DNA of 64,000 nucleotides from an uncultured Pseudomonadales bacterium (GTDB taxonomy: Bacteria > Patescibacteriota > Microgenomatia > UBA1400 > PJMF01). The first letter of the stretch is position 1. Every line of letters begins with the position of its first letter. This document shows, one piece after another, positions 58,888 to 64,000 of this stretch. Under the pieces are notes generated by a model that saw only the letters and a program-made list of their open reading frames with translations, searched no databases and was not told the DNA's origin. The DNA lies in the NCBI GenBank assembly GCA_964620965.1, contig CAZUHV010000001.1, positions 213,839 through 277,838 of the forward strand, read 5' to 3'. The position numbers were made by a program, and so were the translations under genes.

Positions 58888-59661
58888 ATGCAAAATTCAA
58901 ATAAGCGAATCTTAAGTCCATACGAAAAAAACCAATTACGAAAGTATGGTATTCCTGAATCATTAGCACTGGAAACTGAAAGTCCTGTCGAATATTTAAC
59001 AAACCATGTTGAGTTTTGTGGACTAGATTTTTATGTTACTACTGATGTCTTAATACCCCGAATTGAAACTGAAGAACTTGTTGACATGGCAGTAAAAGAA
59101 GCCCAAACAGCATATGAAAAACTGGAAGCAAATACAAACACTCCAAAAAAATTACAAATTCTTGACGTTGGAACCGGGAGTGGAGCAATTGCAATCTGCG
59201 TTGCTAAACGCTTAATTGAACTAAAAATTCCATTTGAATTTCTTGCAACTGAAGTTTCTAAACCAGCACTAGAGATTGCACAAAAAAATGCAATGCATCT
59301 TGTTCCAAATGCTCAAATCACATTTAAACAAAATGATCTGCTTGATGGCATAACCCAAAAATTTGACCTTATTATTGCGAACTTACCGTATATTCCAAAA
59401 CAAAGAATTGAATACCTAGATGAAAGTGTGAGAGGTTTCGAGCCTCATGTTGCCCTAGATGGAGGTAACAGTGGTCTTGTATTAATCCACAAAATGATCC
59501 GACAAGCCGAAAAATTGGTACATCCTCATACAAAAATCATGCTCGAGGTTGATTACACACATGGATATGATGATTTTAATGAGTTTCGAGAAACCTGGAA
59601 TATATTGGTAACCCCAGATTCTAGTGAAGGCGTACACTTCATAGAGTTGTGGAAAAAATAA
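58888..59661 (+). CDS. prmC: release-factor glutamine N5-methyltransferase PrmC/HemK
   Basis: SAM motif ILDVGTGSGAIAI and NPPY-type motif IIANLPYIP. Confidence 0.8.
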   Translation: MQNSNKRILSPYEKNQLRKYGIPESLALETESPVEYLTNHVEFCGLDFYVTTDVLIPRIETEELVDMAVKEAQTAYEKLEANTNTPKKLQILDVGTGSGAIAICVAKRLIELKIPFEFLATEVSKPALEIAQKNAMHLVPNAQITFKQNDLLDGITQKFDLIIANLPYIPKQRIEYLDESVRGFEPHVALDGGNSGLVLIHKMIRQAEKLVHPHTKIMLEVDYTHGYDDFNEFRETWNILVTPDSSEGVHFIELWKK

Positions 59662-59682
59662 GATTACGTTACTATAAAATCC

Positions 59683-60648
59683 ATGTACTCAAATTTTTCT
59701 GAACAAGCAAATCAACCTTTAAACCATAAAATTCCAACCACAGTTTTCTCTGGCTTTCTTGGATCTGGTAAAACAACTATTATTTCGAACCTCATTGAGG
59801 TTTTGCAAAAAAGAGGTGAGCAAGTTATCTATATCAAAAATGAAATAGGCGACACCGATATTGATGGAAAAGTTTTAGAGGGAAAAGGTATAAAAACAAA
59901 AGAGCTTTTAAATGGCTGTATATGTTGCACTCTAGTTGGACCATTTATTTCTTCTATCACCGAAGTTGTAGAAACATTCAATCCAGACAGAATTTTGATA
60001 GAAGCCTCAGGAGCAGCCGATCCAAGCGCATTAGCACTTATGATTTCATCTCATCCACTACTTGAAAGAGACGGTGTTATTGGCATTGTTGACGTCGTTA
60101 ATTTTGAAGGATATAAAGATCTTAGTATCACTGCACAAAACCAAACAAAATTTACAGATCTATTGGTATTTAATAAAGTCGAACTAGCAGATCTACAGCA
60201 AAAAAAAGCTGTTGTTGGCTATGTCCGCGAACTAAATACTCACTCTCCAATTGTTGAGGCTCCAAACGGTCACGTAGATCCAGATGTCATTTTTGGTCTA
60301 AATACTTCTGAACTTGACCAACTGCTTTCCAGAAGCCATGAAACCCACCATGATCATATAGAACATGATGAAATTGAGGCATTTACTGTATATAGTGAGC
60401 AAAATTTTCTACAAACACAAATAGAAAACCTTATGCAAAACCTACCTAAAAATATATTCAGAAGTAAGGGATTTTTCACTACCCCTCAGGATGAAATATT
60501 CATATTTAACACTGTTGGAAAACGCACAACTTTCACCCCTGCTCCCAAAAAATTTGATACTCAAAAACACAAAACCATTGTTGTTTGTATTGGGTATCAC
60601 GCAAATGAGCTTGAAACACAAGTGAGCGAATCACTCAAAAATTTATAA
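59683..60648 (+). CDS. CobW/COG0523-family G3E GTPase (putative metal chaperone)
   Basis: P-loop GFLGSGKTT, metal-binding CICC (GCICCTL), switch motifs. C-terminal domain present. Confidence 0.75.
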   Translation: MYSNFSEQANQPLNHKIPTTVFSGFLGSGKTTIISNLIEVLQKRGEQVIYIKNEIGDTDIDGKVLEGKGIKTKELLNGCICCTLVGPFISSITEVVETFNPDRILIEASGAADPSALALMISSHPLLERDGVIGIVDVVNFEGYKDLSITAQNQTKFTDLLVFNKVELADLQQKKAVVGYVRELNTHSPIVEAPNGHVDPDVIFGLNTSELDQLLSRSHETHHDHIEHDEIEAFTVYSEQNFLQTQIENLMQNLPKNIFRSKGFFTTPQDEIFIFNTVGKRTTFTPAPKKFDTQKHKTIVVCIGYHANELETQVSESLKNL

Positions 60649-60680
60649 TTACTATACCTCTGCATAATATAGCAACAAAG

Positions 60681-61259
60681 TTACACACCAAATAAAAACT
60701 GTCGTAACTCTTCTAATTTTTTTGGATGTTTCATTAATTTCAATAAATGAAGCGTCAACTCTTTATCACGGAATTTATCTTCATAAATAACATCCAAAAA
60801 TTCTTCCCAAGTTACATATTTTAGTTTAATTTTTTCTCCAGCATCTGGAGTGATCTCTGCTCTTGTCTCACAACCTCTTGCAACAAAAATATAAATTGGC
60901 CATTCAACCTTTGTTACTGGCTGAATGCTATACCAAAGCTCCATGTCATTTGTGAAAGAGCCTGTCTCTTCTAGTAGCTCTCTATGTGCTGCATCCACAA
61001 CGTCTTCTTCTGGGTCGACAATACCTCCAACCAAACTAATGAATTCTTCCATATCTGGTTGTTCTTGAATTGTTAAAATAATTTTACCGTCTGCAGTAAT
61101 GGGAAAAATACCAACGGAGGGTCTTCTACTTACTTTTTCGAATGTTTGAGTAGAACCATCAAACATCTCTTGTTCCCATTGCCAGACATCAAAAAGTATT
61201 CCTTCAAACACTTTCTTTGCATGTGAAGGCAGTGGTTGTTCAGATTTTGGATATTCCAT
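60681..61259 (-). CDS. NUDIX hydrolase
   Basis: Nudix box GGIVDPEEDVVDAAHRELLEETG. Confidence 0.75.
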   Translation of the reverse strand: MEYPKSEQPLPSHAKKVFEGILFDVWQWEQEMFDGSTQTFEKVSRRPSVGIFPITADGKIILTIQEQPDMEEFISLVGGIVDPEEDVVDAAHRELLEETGSFTNDMELWYSIQPVTKVEWPIYIFVARGCETRAEITPDAGEKIKLKYVTWEEFLDVIYEDKFRDKELTLHLLKLMKHPKKLEELRQFLFGV

Positions 61260-61264
61260 ACGGT

Positions 61265-62281
61265 CTATTTATGTTCCTGAGATTTAAGAGCTTTTTTATG
61301 TTCTCTTTCAAATGAAGGATCATCAACGTCTTCAACATGCTCTTTAGTAAGTTGTAATCTTTCTAAAGTCATAATCAAGAAAATTGCAACTATACAAAGT
61401 AAAATCGCAATAACAACACTATAATCAAAACCAGCTGGTAAAACATTTTGTTGGACAATTGGAACTTCAATACCATGAGAATTAATTCTTGTGGTAATAG
61501 TCTCTTTCCATGGCCAAATTTTTCTTAGAGAGCCAATCATAAAACCTGTTAATGAAGCTATTACAATATCGTGGTGGTTTTTAAAAAGCCAACTAAGCAA
61601 ACGACTAAACAGCGCTAGTCCAAGAACTGCTCCAATGCCTACAAAACCAATTGTGATAATATCAAAAGACTTAACAGCTTCAATTATTTGCTCATATTTT
61701 CCCATTATTAGAAGTAAAAAAGATCCTGATATACCTGGTAAAATCATTGCGCATATTGCAATAGCACCAGAGAGCACGAACGTAATAGGATTTGCTGGAG
61801 TTTCTACTGGTACTGCTCCGACAAGTTGATACGCTATTACGGTAAACACTAACATAAATGCTATATCTCTGAGATCCCAAGTAACTATACGTTTACTTAC
61901 TAAAAATACAGAGGCTAAAACTAAACCAAAGAAAAATGACCAAACAAAAACTGGCTGAGTTGTTAAGAGATGTGAAAGTAAATTTGTAAGAGATAAAACT
62001 GCACCTGCAATACCAAGCCCAAGTGGAATCAAAAAGTGAAATGGAATAGTTTCCCATGCTTCTTTAAACTTGCCCTTTATTAATAAACGAGGCACCTGAC
62101 CACTCAGTAATTTAATCGCGTTAAGCAACTCCTCATAAATACCAAAAATAAAGGCTATCGTTCCCCCAGAAACACCTGGAACTATGTCAGCAGATCCCAT
62201 CGTAAAACCTGTAAAAAACAAACGAAGATGATCCTTAAATGTATGTTTTGGTTTTCTTTGAAACAGTTTGAGAATATTCAT
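61265..62281 (-). CDS. DUF368-family polytopic membrane protein
   Basis: Duplicated PGVSGG / LPGISGS motifs in an 8-TM protein. Start placed at the internal ATG (MNILKLF); the track start is a TTG extension. Confidence 0.6.
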   Translation of the reverse strand: MNILKLFQRKPKHTFKDHLRLFFTGFTMGSADIVPGVSGGTIAFIFGIYEELLNAIKLLSGQVPRLLIKGKFKEAWETIPFHFLIPLGLGIAGAVLSLTNLLSHLLTTQPVFVWSFFFGLVLASVFLVSKRIVTWDLRDIAFMLVFTVIAYQLVGAVPVETPANPITFVLSGAIAICAMILPGISGSFLLLIMGKYEQIIEAVKSFDIITIGFVGIGAVLGLALFSRLLSWLFKNHHDIVIASLTGFMIGSLRKIWPWKETITTRINSHGIEVPIVQQNVLPAGFDYSVVIAILLCIVAIFLIMTLERLQLTKEHVEDVDDPSFEREHKKALKSQEHK

Positions 62282-62388
62282 ATTTTTTCTTTCTAGGTAT
62301 GAACCATCATACACCAAGCACAACTAGATTTCTATAAAATAATCTACTACTTCCATTAGTATAAAAAGTACGGCAAAATATAAACTAT

Positions 62389-62907
62389 ATGAAATTATTA
62401 TTTAAATTAACAATAGTACTTGTTTTAGCAACCATTTTTACTGGATGCACACTCCTAAAAAAAGCTCCTGTAAATTCTGAATCTGTGCAATTAGAGCAAA
62501 GTCCTACAACAACGCAAGAAACAGCTCCTTCTAATACTGCTCCAGAGAATCAGGGTTTAGAACATAAATATGTAACCTATTCCCCAGAGTTAATTGCACA
62601 GTATTCCGCACAAGGCAAAAAAGTCATCTTATTCTTCCACGCAGGATGGTGTCCAACATGTAGAGCTGCAGAAAAAGACATCACTGCTAGAGCTACAGAA
62701 ATCCCTGCTGATATTGTCATACTTAAAGTTGACTATGATACATATGGTGATTTAAAAAAGAAATATAACGTAACCTATCAGCATACTTTTGTTCAGGTTG
62801 ATGGTGAAGGCAACGAGATTACCACATGGAATGGGGGAGATTTAGACGAAATTAATAAAAACATTAAATTGTCATTCTGTGACCCTGCAAACAAAAATAG
62901 CTGCTAA
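62389..62907 (+). CDS. thioredoxin-like lipoprotein
   Basis: Lipobox FTGC, WCPTC active site. Confidence 0.7.
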   Translation: MKLLFKLTIVLVLATIFTGCTLLKKAPVNSESVQLEQSPTTTQETAPSNTAPENQGLEHKYVTYSPELIAQYSAQGKKVILFFHAGWCPTCRAAEKDITARATEIPADIVILKVDYDTYGDLKKKYNVTYQHTFVQVDGEGNEITTWNGGDLDEINKNIKLSFCDPANKNSC

Positions 62908-62914
62908 GGAAACA

Positions 62915-63670
62915 CTACTCTGGAGCGTACTCCACATCTTCTTCTTTAATGCGGCGAACCCAATTTCCTGATTTCTGTTCTTCAACAATATGGGCAATAC
63001 TTCCTGCAACTCTAGCAAGGCCAAAGAGCGCATTTCCAGCAATTGGGTCAATTCCTAAAGTAAGAAGCAGTGCTGCAATTGCACCATCAATATTGAGCAC
63101 AAGTTTACGATTCAATTTTTGCTCAAGGCTATGCTCCATCTGTTTTGCAAGGTTCATATACTCAATTTCAAGCTCAGCTTTTCTGGCAATCTCAAATAAA
63201 AGTTTCGCTCTTGGATCAACTTTTGTGTATTTTGGATGTCCAAATCCAGGAACCCGTTTTTTTTCAAATCTATAAGAATCTATCAGCCTTTCACAAGCCT
63301 GTTCCTTATCTTCTCCATCTTGAGAAACTTGGAGCAAAACATGCATTGCCCCTGTAATTGCTCCACCATGATATGGACCAAGTGCTAATAAAGAACTTGC
63401 CATACAAGTTAAAATATCATTTCCTGAACTTGCAACTACTCTTGGAACAAAACCACTTGCTGGATTGATTCCATGATCTATACTTGCCACCAAAATTGCA
63501 TTAAGAACTTTTTTTTCATTTTTCTTTGGTTTTCTGCCAACCATTGACAAAAACAAAGTAGAAACAAAATCGGCTTCTTCTACAAGCTCCAACAGTGGAA
63601 CGCCTCGAAGCATAATTCCTTTTGTCGTATGCCCACTAATAGCTGTAACAAATGTTAAATCTTGAGACAT
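62915..63670 (-). CDS. citrate-synthase-like domain protein (citryl-CoA lyase / ATP-citrate lyase C-terminal domain-like)
   Basis: LGPYHGGA and GFGHPKYTKVDPRA match the citrate synthase LHGGA and GFGHRVYK..DPR catalytic motifs. Only 251 aa, which is the small domain alone. Confidence 0.65.
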   Translation of the reverse strand: MSQDLTFVTAISGHTTKGIMLRGVPLLELVEEADFVSTLFLSMVGRKPKKNEKKVLNAILVASIDHGINPASGFVPRVVASSGNDILTCMASSLLALGPYHGGAITGAMHVLLQVSQDGEDKEQACERLIDSYRFEKKRVPGFGHPKYTKVDPRAKLLFEIARKAELEIEYMNLAKQMEHSLEQKLNRKLVLNIDGAIAALLLTLGIDPIAGNALFGLARVAGSIAHIVEEQKSGNWVRRIKEEDVEYAPE

Positions 63671-63697
63671 GGTTTGTGCTTTGTACTAGTTACTATC

Positions 63698-64000
63698 TTA
63701 CAAATCAGCTGCTGCTTTTTTGAGTAACTCTACTATATCGTCTGGACTCTCTGCAATCAAGGCTCCAGAATTTTTTAAGGCGTCTATCTTGCTTGCCCGA
63801 GTACCAAACTTCTTGCTCACAATTGCTCCTGCATGACCAAACGCAACTCCTTGTGGAAGATGTTCTGCGAACTTTCCGGAAATAAAAGCTACTACAGGTT
63901 TTGAGAACTTACTTTCTAACATTGCTTGTGCCAAATCTTCTTCATAACTTCCACCAATCTCCCCAACCACAACTACTGCCCAAGCCTCAGTGTCTTTTGC
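63698..64000 (-). CDS. succinyl-CoA synthetase alpha-like (CoA-ligase) protein, partial; N-terminus lies beyond the window end
   Basis: Frame is open to the window edge. AVVVVGEIGGSYEE...FISGKFAEHLPQGVAFGHAGAIV matches the SucD C-terminal half, including the phospho-His region. Confidence 0.65.
   Translation of the reverse strand, partial: AKDTEAWAVVVVGEIGGSYEEDLAQAMLESKFSKPVVAFISGKFAEHLPQGVAFGHAGAIVSKKFGTRASKIDALKNSGALIAESPDDIVELLKKAAADL

Overview
This is a 64 kb AT-rich window (roughly 35% GC) that looks like a Candidate Phyla Radiation (CPR/Patescibacteria-like) bacterium with standard genetic code 11, since RF2 is present and TGA is used as a stop. The lineage call is an inference from gene content: no L30 gene between S5 and L15, lysine-rich tails on many ribosomal proteins, a sortase, a lamin-tail-domain (LTD) protein, DUF4012-like and DUF368 proteins, and a truncated AlaRS. 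Most of the minus strand from 17.6 to 46.4 kb is one contiguous transcription/translation superoperon running rpoB-rpoC-rpsL-rpsG-fusA-tuf-S10-spc-alpha-rplM-rpsI, with rpmJ recovered by hand. Upstream of it, at positions 1-4130, is a tightly overlapping 4-gene minus-strand operon encoding an alpha/beta hydrolase, a membrane-anchored Mur-ligase, a DegT aminotransferase and a FemAB-family transferase. Positions 4.2-17.4 kb form a plus-strand envelope/division block: a cyclophilin lipoprotein, a DUF4012-like protein, prfB, ftsE-ftsX with a coiled-coil C39-like peptidase partner, an LTD protein, a VanZ-like protein, HU, and an ABC-2 transporter with four permease paralogs around one ATPase. Downstream of rpoB lie mltG and ruvX, then a roughly 310 bp islet of about 65% GC that encodes a small secreted protein and is flanked by strong hairpins. 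These are followed by a sortase operon with a 775-aa bitopic protein, an EEP nuclease, and alaS preceded by what reads as a T-box riboswitch leader. The 3' end carries small membrane proteins (DUF948-like, YtxH-like, RodZ-like), YqeY, a cupin, DsbA, prmC, a CobW GTPase, a NUDIX hydrolase, a DUF368 protein, a thioredoxin lipoprotein, and a split ATP-citrate-lyase-like pair (citrate-synthase-like domain plus SCS-alpha-like CDS running off the window). No rRNA, tRNA, CRISPR or transposase was recognised.
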